DNA of 64,000 nucleotides from Psilocybe cubensis (lineage: Eukaryota). Within the stretch, counting starts at the first letter, position 1. Every line of letters begins with the position of its first letter. The stretch is taken from the NCBI GenBank assembly GCA_017499595.2, contig CM038999.1:4030001-4094000 (forward strand). The letters are read 5' to 3'. Below, piece by piece: positions 1 to 11,800 of the stretch. The notes beneath the pieces are model-generated. The model had not been told where the DNA came from. It made no database searches and saw nothing but the letters and a program-made list of their open reading frames with translations. Made by a program: the position numbers and the translations under genes.

Positions 1-1096
1 TAACAGTCATGTCATGACCATCTATCGAGAACATATAATTGGGATCACAAGACATGGACACCAGACGGAAGCGGTATCGGCGTCCCCTCTGAACATTGAT
101 GATTGCGAGAGGTGCTGCTGGCCCCCCAGGATATCTCCCCAATCCATTGATCAACGTTGAGTCGGCGATGGGGATGCCTCCTAACGATGGTCCCACAGTA
201 TGGTACCTTAAAACTCTGAGTTATTTTACAACGTTATTCAAATAAAACAATGAAACACACCAGTCGGCCAGTGTGATGACGGTCGATTCTTGACATTCGC
301 GTTATTTTACGTTGACCACGAATAAAAATTTTACTAACCGTCGTCCACTAAAAGCAACGTTAATTCAGGATAATTACCATAAAACGGGATCTAACTACGT
401 ACCGTCATACAACAACCTATGTGGATCTTGTGGATCATAAATGACAATGGGTCCACGAAGTCCGTCGCAGTACTGTGTTCCTAGCACCAAAGGAATTTAC
501 AGCGGCGTTCAAGACGGACATAGTAATCGTTTCTTACCGAAATGGGAGTGATACCAGTGCGTCCCGGCCTTGTCCTTATTCGTAAATTCATATTGAAAAG
601 ATCTTCCAGGCGAGATGGGACACTGCGTGATTCCTACTGGTCCATCTGCCCAAGCAGATTGATGTTGGAGCATCCCGTGCCAGTGCTATACGGCCGTGTC
701 AAACTATGCAAGACACACAAAATAATTTGCACGAACTATACTGGTACTTCTCAGCATGGTTTTATCGGTAAGATCATTGACGACATTCAAGCGAAATGTT
801 TCCCCCTATCGAGCAGTTGAGATACTTCGTAAGAAAACGGCAAAGCTCTTACCTTTTTAGCAGTGATTAGGGGGCCAGGGTGAGAACCTTGGACAACAGT
901 GGATCTAATGATGATCAGCACGAACCAAACAAGGAAAGAGAGCATAGACGACGCACGAGCGCTTGAAGCCATCAGGATTAACCACCTTATTCGAGACTTT
1001 GAGAGTCGCCCGAGGTCCAACGGCGGCAAGTGTCGGATGGCACACAAAGGTCAACACAACCGTAAGGGCCGCGTATACGGAGAGGGATATCCTCAT
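1..1096 (-). CDS. Laccase (multicopper oxidase, AA1), N-terminal part; multi-exon, continues beyond the left edge
   Basis: Signal peptide [24 protein letters not shown], then [20 protein letters not shown]. Spliced exons give HWHG (L1), [20 protein letters not shown] (L2), [27 protein letters not shown] and [13 protein letters not shown]. Confidence 0.96.
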
Positions 1097-1793
1097 ACCA
1101 ATAGTAATGACAGTGGGGTAGAAATGAACGTGGAAGGCGTAAACGCCTGTTGGATGATGGGGGTTTCAATGTAGAACATTTTCAGACGAGCCCATTGTTA
1201 TATGCTGGATGTTGTGAGTCTCGAGCACTCCCCGAGGGACGGTACCTACCAGTTATACCAAGAATTTGATTGGGATTTGAGTTGCACCGTGCAGGAGCGT
1301 GCAGGCGACGGATTTGCAATCAGAGTCTGATTAAATCAAATTGGAAGCACCACGTGGATGGTTTGAGCAACAAGTTTGGCCGGGTCCTGGCAAGGTATCG
1401 AAGGGTTTTCCTGATGTATTTGATTGTGGACTGTACTCTCGATGTAAGAGAACCACATCTTGAACATGGGTTTGAACATGAATGAGAATAGGTGCAAGCG
1501 TAGTGACGTTGCTTCACAGCTGTAAAGACGACTCGGCAAAGGTCGGCCCTCTTATGTTCCGTCGGGGCGGCTGTTTGCGAAGATTACAAATTATTATTGT
1601 GCCTGAAATGCTCTGAAATGACGTCCGGTTTCAAATAATCTTTCAAGATCTCACCCATTACATGTTCACAAACTTCAAGCATACAGCGTACTTCCTGGCA
1701 ATAAACATTCTCATTGTTATTTACTACAAGACATACAAGTCTCAGGAGCCATTGAATTTTGCCTACATTCAACGTTACGGAGACAGGTTGGCA

Positions 1794-2435
1794 ATGTCAT
1801 CAAACGCATCAGCGAGTCAATGGCTCCGAAATCGCTTCACCTCGCTATACGAGGCCGCACCACCCCCAGAAGAAGCAGATTTTAAAGCCCTTTTTGTTTC
1901 CATTTTCTCGGAAGATGCTCAAGTTTGGTTCAATCACGAACAGATATCGGTGGATGCATTTCAGGAGAAAATCACATCAGCCAACTATGCGGCCAAGGAG
2001 GCATCGATTGATTGGAAGGACTTAATAGAAATACCGGGAAACGATGCGGAGCATGTATGTTTTTCCTTGTCTATACTGCCTTGAAAGATTGCTTGATTAT
2101 AGCTTTTATTCAGGAAGGCATAGTCGCAGGCAGTTTTGTTGTGACGAGGTCAATGAAATTTAGGATTAGAGCGGCACCCGCTCAACGATTGAATCATAAC
2201 ATCTTCAGTGCTAAGTGAGTTCTGAAATTTAATAACATCCTCTGAAAACATGGTCACATCATGGCATTCAAGAATTAACATCGACCCAACTGCCCAACCC
2301 GATATCACCGGCAGCAAACGCAGGATCTCCGAATTCTTCTTAACATCTTTCGACAAGGCAGCTCCGATACACCTTCAAAGTATTCCTCAGAAAGAACCTG
2401 CAACCGTTGATCCAAGCATGCTTGAAAAGAGCTAG
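1794..2435 (+). CDS. Small hypothetical protein, three exons, possibly NTF2/SnoaL-like fold
   Basis: ORFs 1662-2084, 2012-2218 and 2250-2435 join through GT-AG introns (about 2055-2113 and 2215-2272). FVSIFSEDAQVWFN followed by beta-strand-like segments suggests NTF2-like; the fold is inference. Confidence 0.6.
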
Positions 2436-3217
2436 AAACAAATTATATAGCACCTGATGGAAACAACGACTAGGTTCTAATTTCCCTTGAAAGCGAATTC
2501 AAAATGCAAAGCACTCGCAAAATTCGAAGGTATCATGTTGTGAAAGAGAAATTAACAAAAATCAAAAAGTTTTAAAGATCGGATAAATTGACGGTGGAAG
2601 TCGAACTACCTTCATGCAGTATGTATCATTTCGCTTCCAGGCCCTGAGTGATCCGGGAGTGGGAACTTTGCGAGTCGGAGAGCAGCGACTTGAACTAACG
2701 TGATCTCGGAGACGCTTGATAGGTCATACTTCCTTACCTCCATCTTGCGCACTTCAATCACTTGAATTTGTTGTATTTCCTGCCTCACGGACTCTACGAG
2801 AGTGTCGTTTGATTTGTAGGGATGGATATCGACGTTGTGAGCAACGAGCGTCAAGTAAGAGGCTTTCCTGATTTGGGTGAGTGTTGTTATACGTATAGTA
2901 TCAGTATACGGTTGGACCCTGACCTGTTTAGCGTAGCGTATAGTGAGAGATGTCGCTTTCACTCATAGCGAAGCTGCTGAATGCTTTGCAAAGGCCTCAT
3001 TAGTGAAGGGGATCCCAATGTAGCACATCGAGTGTTGATTTCGTCGAACGGAAAGCTGATATTGGATAGACGTTTCACAGTCGAAGATGCTTGTTCAGAT
3101 TTTGGGAACTCCAAGGAAGTGAGTTGTGGCATCATTTTCTCAGCCACGTACTTTCAACATTTTCGTTAGGGTGATAAAGGCATCAAAAACATTCTCGACG
3201 CTCTGAATCACACCAAC

Positions 3218-4789
3218 ATGGCGCCATCCTTTGCAGATAACCATGCACTCACACGCTTCAAGGTCTCTTGCTCTACTCAGATTAAGAGCCTCCACGATGA
3301 GAGGAGATCACTCCAAGACACCATCATCAAATCATGTATCCGGATTGCTGAAATTCGCTGCTCTGTAGCGGCTAGAGAACACTACCTAAAGGTTTCCAAT
3401 CGTGTTTTATCCCCCATCCGTCGACTACCTCCTGAATTGCTCGAGCACATTTTTTACCACGCAAGAGAAAACAAACCAAGTGACGGACAGCCTGGAAAAC
3501 CCCCTCCGCTGATAATTGGACATGTATGTCATACATGGCGTCAAATCGTTATCACCAGGTCATTGCTGTGGGATACCGTGGACATGACTTACACCCCTTC
3601 GCCATTCTACTCATTACTGGATCGCAGCATTATATCCACGCCATCTAAGGCTATTCTGGAATTATGCTTTCAGAGGTCGTACCCATTTCCACTGAACCTG
3701 TCACTCAGGCCGAAATGCTTACCTTCCGACGGAAGTGAACACCCTCCGATGCACCCTTCAGCGATCAACTCAATAGCATCCGTCTGTCATCGCGTCCAAA
3801 AATTGAGCATACATGCCAGCTCGAAGTCAACCGTGGAACCCCTTTTACAGTGTTCAATGATCCAATTTCCAATGTTAGACTCATTACATCTCGAAATCGG
3901 GCGTTGCGACGACGGAGCAACGGGACCGATCACTCTCTTTGAAAATTGTCCGGCGCTGCGCGAAGTCGTGTTGGACTTGCACCCTACGCACCCCTTCAGG
4001 ATCAACATTCCATGGGGCCAGATCACTCATCTCGACATGCTTCACGGGAATCATCCCATAGCAGACTCGACATGGCGAACATTGATTAGAATGCTCGATA
4101 GTTTAGAGGTTGGACGATTTTGTCTAGCGGGCCGGGTTCCTGGACTGGATGACCCGTTCCTCACACAGCAACACGCAACTATCGACGTCGTGAACGTTTT
4201 CGAGCTCCGAAGGTTACATGCTCTGACGATCAGATTTGTCGGTCAGGAGTTGCCCCAGAATCGGAACATTTGGCTACTAAAAAATTTGCATTTCCCAGAG
4301 CTGCGCGACTTCCATTTCTCCTTTTTCCCCGCGTCTACCCTTCCTTCGTTTTTCTTCTGGCGGAACGAAAACCTGCAGAATCCATTACATCCTCAGCTTC
4401 ATAAGCTCAAATCTCTTACATTATGGGCAATATCTGTGACCACTCCCGAGTTGATCGAGCTGCTCAAACTCACAACGTCGCTGGAGAGGTTCCGATTTAA
4501 AGGGGCGGCTAAGTGGACATTACGGTACCTGGTGGGTTCTCTGAAGACCAAAACAGAAGAACGCTTTTCCGTAGCACCGTCGTTGACGAATCTCATTGTA
4601 TGGGCCGAAAACATGTCCAAGAGCGATGTACAACTTTGTATGTCCATGATTTCTGATCGACAGGGGCTGGGACGTGGATCTTTTAAGATGTCCATTTTCT
4701 GCCGGAAAAGGCTGAAGCACCTCCCGGACGGGTTTATGGTTATTGTCGACTCGGAAGATCTCGCTGGGGCAGAATTTCTTAGCCATTGA
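3218..4789 (+). CDS. F-box domain protein with LRR-like C-terminal region (Agaricomycete expanded family)
   Basis: Intronless 523 aa. N-terminal coiled segment, then LSPIRRLPPELLEHIF...PLIIGHVCHTWRQIV...LLWD. Repeated LxxLxL motifs (FPMLDSLHL, CPALREVVL, FPELRDFHF). Confidence 0.9.
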   Translation: MAPSFADNHALTRFKVSCSTQIKSLHDERRSLQDTIIKSCIRIAEIRCSVAAREHYLKVSNRVLSPIRRLPPELLEHIFYHARENKPSDGQPGKPPPLIIGHVCHTWRQIVITRSLLWDTVDMTYTPSPFYSLLDRSIISTPSKAILELCFQRSYPFPLNLSLRPKCLPSDGSEHPPMHPSAINSIASVCHRVQKLSIHASSKSTVEPLLQCSMIQFPMLDSLHLEIGRCDDGATGPITLFENCPALREVVLDLHPTHPFRINIPWGQITHLDMLHGNHPIADSTWRTLIRMLDSLEVGRFCLAGRVPGLDDPFLTQQHATIDVVNVFELRRLHALTIRFVGQELPQNRNIWLLKNLHFPELRDFHFSFFPASTLPSFFFWRNENLQNPLHPQLHKLKSLTLWAISVTTPELIELLKLTTSLERFRFKGAAKWTLRYLVGSLKTKTEERFSVAPSLTNLIVWAENMSKSDVQLCMSMISDRQGLGRGSFKMSIFCRKRLKHLPDGFMVIVDSEDLAGAEFLSH

Positions 4790-6371
4790 GGTCAGTTCTC
4801 TAAAATGTCAAGAGGATGCTCGAACTTAGCTGATGGCCGTTCTTGCGAGCAGTTATCCAGTGTCCGGGGTCTGGCTCAATCTTGGTCACAATGATCGTAG
4901 TCACGACCACGTGGAATCCTCACGAGTGTGACGAAACGCGTAAATGCAGAAGCGCGTCGCTTGGGGCCATGGGTTCATCTCTTCCGTATATCCTCATCCC
5001 GGTAGGACAATCCGCGATACAATTGGAAGGTTGGGATCAACCCTTTTTCCTAATGTCAGTTATAGGTGCTTGGAACCTTTGACACTAGCATCATTTACTT
5101 GGGTCCAACTTGAAGTTCAGGCCTGCCTCTGCGCCGAAGTAAGAATAGAATGGTTTGGTATACAAGGACCAAAATACAACCACAAGAATATATGTTTTTC
5201 TTCTTCCATCATCATGTGAACATTGAAGATACGCCCAAAGCCATCTTAGAACTGCTGTGAAATTGTTGTATCATTCACTGTCCTGTTAATTTTTTACGAC
5301 AGACGGGCGAGGGATGTTTGAATTGTTCTATCAATATTTATGATGTCTTTTCGTGCGGGTAATCTACGACATAGGATTAAGCACGGATTAACCTTTATCG
5401 GTTATCAAGTACTGTCGCTTAAACGATTGCCTGCGCTATTTTGCCTACGCTTCGGTACGTTGACCCATGTCTATCTTTTGAGAAGGTCATTACTCTTAGT
5501 ACCTATGGAGTGGGGATAAAGCCCTATCAATAGTTCGGGTCTAACATGTTTTTCTCGCACCAGTGACATATGTCGGGCCGTATTCTGGGTCCATAATTTT
5601 CTCTGTTCAACCTAAACATTGGCAATCGTTTTCAGTGGTTACATAGTAAAATACAAAAATATCCTTTCTATTCATGTATCTGAAGATCCGACTGGGATGC
5701 GGACCCCTCATTTCCACACAGCCCATTTGTCAAGAACATGTGGGCTTGCATGGATGGTGCCTACTCATCGGTTTCGCCGTTGGGGATGGTCTACTATTTA
5801 TAATATCCGTGGAGCCCGTCAGCGCGATAAGCGAGAGCGTGGCCTTGGTCAGCGAAGGCTTGCAGGACTCGGGAAGGCAGCGAACATTGGAAGCAGTACT
5901 TAGATGTAACTTCTGCACTCTAATATAAGCATCGCGACGACGAGCCAGAATCCATTGAAGGTTTAATTATGGATACTCTACTGTAGCTGAGTTGGTATTG
6001 TAAACTGTCCGTGAGGGAGATGTAATAATTGAGATTTGAGAACGTGCGAACTTGTACATAAATGAACCTCCAAGCGAGAAGGGGCGTGATCAATGTGAAG
6101 AGAAAAAATACATGAGGGATGGATAGGGGCACAGTGCCTGGGAGGAGAAAGCTCCTGGGCATTTTTGAGGGCAAAAAAAAAATCCAACAGTGCAGCGTTC
6201 GTTAAAGTCGTTCTCGGCGTCTAAGGTCTTCATTTTCCATCATCAAGATTAGATATCCGATAACCGAATCCACTAGTAGCAGGGCGCATGATCGTTAGCC
6301 AAGGAATGGAAGAGAGGGTGGATAGCACATACATTATCGTACGTTGTTACATATTTCCACGCGCGTTGCGA

Positions 6372-7142
6372 TTAGATGAGGCCCGGGAAGAACCACCATG
6401 GAACGGCGGCGGCGTATGCCTCCCACTCTTCGCTGAAAAGCTTCCGCATCTCTTTGTCTTCCGCATCGGCCCTACTGATTCCAACGCAGAATGTCCAAAG
6501 CCACCACACTGCCCACACGATGATCGCGGCGCGTTCGTTGCGAAGGGGGCCGCACTCGGTCATCCAGCTTCCGCGAGTGAGGTGGGAGAATGCTAGCCCA
6601 AAAACGAGCAAGAGGGAACCGGTATAGGCGGGGTGCCTCACATAGGCATAGAAGCGGTTTGTGATGAGACGATGTTCGGGGTGTACAGTGAGGTCGAACG
6701 TAAACAGATGCCCGAGGGCCTTGAAGCAGTCTAGTCTGATGTATGCCCCGAGCACCACTGCGACAACTCCGAGGACGAATGAAGGGGTAACTTGAATGGA
6801 GGTAGAACCTGGAGCCGGAGATGCGGGACATATAAGTGAGGCTACTGGGGAAAGTTGGGATGGTATCGGGAGGATGCCACGGATGTAATAAAGAATTTCG
6901 AATGCGGCACAGAGATACACAATTAATTGGTGGCACTACAGAGAGTACGCAATCAGTACTGCTTGACTCTAATTGTATTGGACTGACCGATGACATACCT
7001 TGAATATCAGAGGCGCGATTTGAAGAATATACATCTCCTCAGTATGATATCTCTGCTTTGGTGCGGTGGGGTTCGGGGGACTGCAGACTGACCCGTTGGA
7101 GACAGCCTGGATGGTGACGAGAATAGCACGAGCTAGGGACAT
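6372..7142 (-). CDS. Isoprenylcysteine carboxyl methyltransferase (ICMT/Ste14/PEMT)-family membrane protein, two exons
   Basis: MSLARAILV...APLIFK spliced to an exon carrying LGHLFTFDLTVHPEHRLITNRFYAYVRHPAYTG and EDKEMRKLFSEEWEAY...VPW; several transmembrane segments. Confidence 0.88.
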
Positions 7143-8878
7143 ATTTGTTGTGAACTCTAGAACGGGAGATGAGGATGGGTGAGTGAAAAACAAGCAGATT
7201 GCAGGCGCAGATTATATACTCACCTGAAGTCCGTGGGATCTGACCAAGGAAGATGGATGATAGAGGGAGGAATTCTTATTTCCAAGGAAGCCCTGGAAAG
7301 GCTAATGCAAATTAGATGGATCTGGAAGGCATTTATAACGGCCGTAGCATAGCATGAGTACAAACTTCAACCTTCCAAGATCACTTTGGGAGTTTGCCGT
7401 AAACTCGGAGCGGTGCCCCCCCCCCCCCCCCCTGCCCATAGAGCATTTGGCAGATTCTTCGATGTGGGTATGCAACAATGTTATTGAAGTGGTATGGACA
7501 CAATGGGTGATTGATTCCCCATTTGCATGTAAAGGAGGTGATTCTCCCTCGTGGATCATCCCAGGTGTCGGTCATCCCAGAAATCTTCTAGGAGGAACGT
7601 TCCTCTTTGGGCCACTGGAAGCATTAGCATAAGACAAGTGAATGGCATTATGTGCGCTCCGATGCTTTCCCATGGACTTTAGATAATTGTTATCCGATAC
7701 CATATCCTAGAAAAGTACAATCATATGTCGTTAGAATGGGAAAGAGTAGCGTTCGAAATTTCTGCTACACATCTCAATTCTTCGGGATGTAATCCCGCCA
7801 TAATATTCCAGAGTCCTAGAACACTGACAGTTGCTTTCGTGCTCCGCGGCGGACGCCAGTGTTATTAGTCAATTCCTACAGATGAGGGACATAAGCCTCA
7901 GTATGATGTTGATAAGCTTGGATCCTGAGCTCCTTTTGCTGATCTGATCTATAAGATTCATCTATAGAGTAAAGGCAGAGTAAAGCGAAGAGGTTGGAAG
8001 AGGTCGGACGGATGTAAGAGGACGAGATTACAAAGTTTGATGGGCGGTGGATGGTGGCCAGCTCCGCCTGGGAATATTGGCAAAGATCTGTTTTATGGGG
8101 TGAAAGAATTGGGTCCCTAACACTCCGAGGAATACAACGTTTTTCAGGGCTGGTTTATCGGTATTTGTCGTTAATGAGGACAAATGATTGAAAAACAACT
8201 TAAAATCGCGGAAACGAACTATTCCGAGGCCTGTAAAGAAGCTTTGGTGTTTGGTGAATGGCTTCGCCGAAGTTCGAACTGGAGGAATTTCATAATGCCC
8301 CCAAGCTAATCCATGGTAGCCGATGTGCACAAATACCATGGACTAGCGTTGACGTTGATAACTTACTACTACTGAAGCCTGAGGGACGCCCAAAGATAAA
8401 ATAAAGGCTGCCGAATATCTCGGAGTCATTTATTTTGCCAATATCACTCCGATGCATCGTACATATGGAACAGTAGCTGATTGAAACCTCATCGGATGCT
8501 GCTTGCCCAAGTACCAAAACAAAAGTTCACAAGTTATGATCATAAAAGAAAAGTACAGTGAGACGCAAAGATAGTTCAATCATGCCGTGATTTGGATCCA
8601 ATTTGGTACTGATAAGCAGTTAGCGTGACAGTGATCGTGACAGCGACGATGATTAGTCATATCATGTGCATGATCGATATGTGCAAAGCGTCCGAGGATC
8701 TGTGCAATCCAACTGTCGCGCTCACTGTTCTCCTCGCTTCTCTGCCTGAGGGTGAGCCTGCGTCTTATATACAGCAATCCAACTTCAATCATCTTCTTGC
8801 TTCTTGCATTCATCTTTTTCTTTTTTGTCTACAAAATCTCCGATATTCAGCTCTGTTATTCCCAAAAGTAACGCTAGC

Positions 8879-11800
8879 ATGTCATCGAAAACATCACCGA
8901 CATGGTCTCCTGATTCCTGGCGATCTAAACCTATAGCTCAGGTGAATCTATAATTCTCGAATATACCTCATACTTATGTCGTTTTGTTAAATCTATGTTT
9001 TTGTATCAGGACGTTGAATATCCAGATCAAGCTCACCTCTCAAAGTCGGTTTCACTCCTTGGTTTCACGAGGTTGAGGGACGACTAAGTTCTGTGTGATT
9101 CTACGTCTGTAGAGTGCTTTCCAAGCTAGAGACACTACCACCCCTTGTTACTCCTTCCGAGGTGCGCCAAAGGTCCAAAGTTACACGGATCTCCGCTGAT
9201 CTACCACTCGTCAACCTTTTCTTCTGCCATGCCTCATGTCTTACCTTGACCAATGAATCTGGGATCATCGCTGCGTAACACATCCAAATCGATACGACGA
9301 CTCACAATCGGCGCATATCAAGATTGAACGTTTGCGGTATCAGCTCGGCCTCGTTCAAAGGAATGAAGCATTCTTGTTACATGCGGGTGATTGCGCAGAA
9401 AGCTTTGAGGCATGCAGTGGGGTAAGAATGATTTCTCGTTGACTTCAAGTTTTTTCATATTTCCCGCTTGATCAATCGGACCCTTCGTGGCTTATTTTTT
9501 CAAAAATAAACCGCGTCATTTCTGTTTAGTCGACCCACCTATTGTTGTACGCTGCTACATTTAGCCCTTTCAGCACGTGTACTTGGCCCCTCGATTCGCA
9601 GTTTTGTACAGTCTGCGCTGCTGGGACCTTCTCTACGTCTTCAAATCTGCCACCTTTTCGAAATTTTTGTGTGGCATGATGCACATTTGACCTTGTACTG
9701 ATGGTTTCACCTTAAACAGCAAAATTTGTCGTCGAAAATCGGTCTCATCCTGTCCTTCTCTTTGGTCTTATTGTGGGGCGCTCGCCTTCCTGTGGTATGT
9801 GTCTTTCGTCCAGATTTTCATCTCTCAGATCACCGTTGGGCGCTGGTGAGACGGTGATTGCATCAATACTCCAGCCACTCCCCGCCTTCATTCTGCGGAT
9901 GTATGCCGCGAGCCTCTTTATGCCATGCCTTCTTACCGCAACACATGATTTGCCCATCACCCTTTCGCTCATTGCGTGGGCTCGGGCAGGAAACATGTAA
10001 CACCGACAGAGTTCTACAGAGCAAGACGCGGATATCAATTTAATCTGGCCAAGTTCATTCATCTCTGCCTGGCTTGCCGTTCTTGTTAACTTCCGCCACT
10101 CCTTGGATATGGTCCTGCCATTTTGCATTTCAACCCCCAGACACTATCATCATCCATGCTTCTGACTTGTTTCTTCTATCCGATTTTCTCGTCGTTTCTA
10201 GTGAACGTTCTGAGAGCCTCTTGCTATCCTCAGTTATCGAAGCTTATTCTAATTCCCCTTGTCACCTTCTCTTTCGTCTGACAGGTACGCATAGGTCGAA
10301 TCGCAGGGCAGTATGCCAAACCACGCAGCAGTAGTTACGAAAAGTTGCCGGACGGTAGGCAGGTATTAAGCTTCCGGTCAGTCTTTCGATTTTGAATGGG
10401 AGTGTATCAATATCAAAGTTTTATTTTCTTTCTGCTTTAGGGGAGATAATGTTAATGGGTGAGGATTCATGTTTTCTTTCCAATAGGTGGAGCACACTGA
10501 CGATTTATTTCTATTTCATTGTTCCCTCGTCAACTGAATTGCTATTTCTGTTTCTGTTCTAAACCAACTCAAAAACTCAAACGCTTAACCCAAAATGCCA
10601 CTTTGACTACCGACAAACTGACATCGCTTACTACGATGTTATTACCCCTCATTTAAAACACGTTTTTTGTTGTGCGCATTACCATCCTGGTTTCCAGATT
10701 GGACCCCGACGATCGCACGCCTAATCCTGAGCGTCTCATGAGGTATGTTACACAATTTGATTATTCTTTCTTTCCCTTCCTTCACGGGGAGTTCGGTGCC
10801 ACTGCGAACCTTTTCAAACTATTCTGCTCTCTTTGATTCTGTTCGGGTGCGATCTTCGCCAGCAATCCTGCTGTCGATCGCGGACGGTCCTATCCTTCAG
10901 GTTCGCGTTTTATTGGCTTTGGGGACGCTGAATAAACTTGAACGCCATTCCACGCGCATCTAACCTTCAGTGCGGAGCGTAGGATTGTCTTTGCGTATTC
11001 ACCCTCAAGTCAATCAAACGCCACTGCTGGATAGTCTCAATACCGCTAGGTCACATGGATCCTTGCGAGACGATAGCTTGATGGATTTGGCGGTGACATT
11101 GTTGACAAAGTTAACGGGCACCTTGTTATCTTCAACCCCGTCATCATCTATGACCATCCACAATCAAGCGCATCGTTGGGCTGCTGTTCCCTTTACGGAA
11201 TTTGCCACATACCTTCCAAAAATTTGCTAGATTTAGAACCCAGCAATTGGGAAATGATAATTTTTTTTTCGTTCATCGATTTTGACTGCGGTTACTGATG
11301 CCCCTCCCCCCAATTCAGCGCCTACTTCCACTCGACGACAACTTTAAACTATCTTCGTGGCCTCCTTACTTCAGGGTTTGCGTCCTTGCATCACCCCAGA
11401 GATTGGTCTCTGTCCCACGTGCGATCGCCATCGTTAAGGTGCGTTGTGTATTCCCCTTTCTAATATACTCATTCTCTTTTGTTACTTTCTTTTTCTTTTC
11501 TTTTCCTTTCGATATTCAGTTAGCATCATTGCCGCCTTCGCATTACTTCACAAACGGACTCGATCGTGCGGTTTTGCTTTGGCTCTGCATTCTTTTATTC
11601 ATAAAATCTACTTATGGCCGACCGCCACACCTCGCATCGTGGCTTTGAATTAATACACATGAGGATTCGTCTTACGTCGACCTCACGACCGGCATGAAGC
11701 CTCTGTTTGTCATGCTATGCGAACAGCTGTCCAATTTGCATATCTTAATATCTATCATTAAAGAGATGTTTTGTTTAAATTCTCGTTTCTTTCGATTTGC

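Noticed and set aside
2612-3147. Two abutting minus-strand ORFs (62 and 116 aa)
   Set aside because: Could not join them with a convincing in-frame intron; no recognisable motif.
5619-6187. Short ORFs on both strands
   Set aside because: Trial splicing on the minus strand gives immediate stops; no family features.
7416-7432. C17 homopolymer (G-run on minus strand) upstream of the ICMT-like gene
   Set aside because: Simple homopolymer with no further evidence of function.
8028-8660. Faint resemblance to a DUF6534-type membrane protein relic on the minus strand (AASDEVSISYC...MHRS)
   Set aside because: Multiple stops and similarity too weak to support by eye.
11659-11672. TGAGGATTCGTC resembling part of yeast U4 snRNA
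   Set aside because: Short match only; no U6-pairing region or matching overall architecture.
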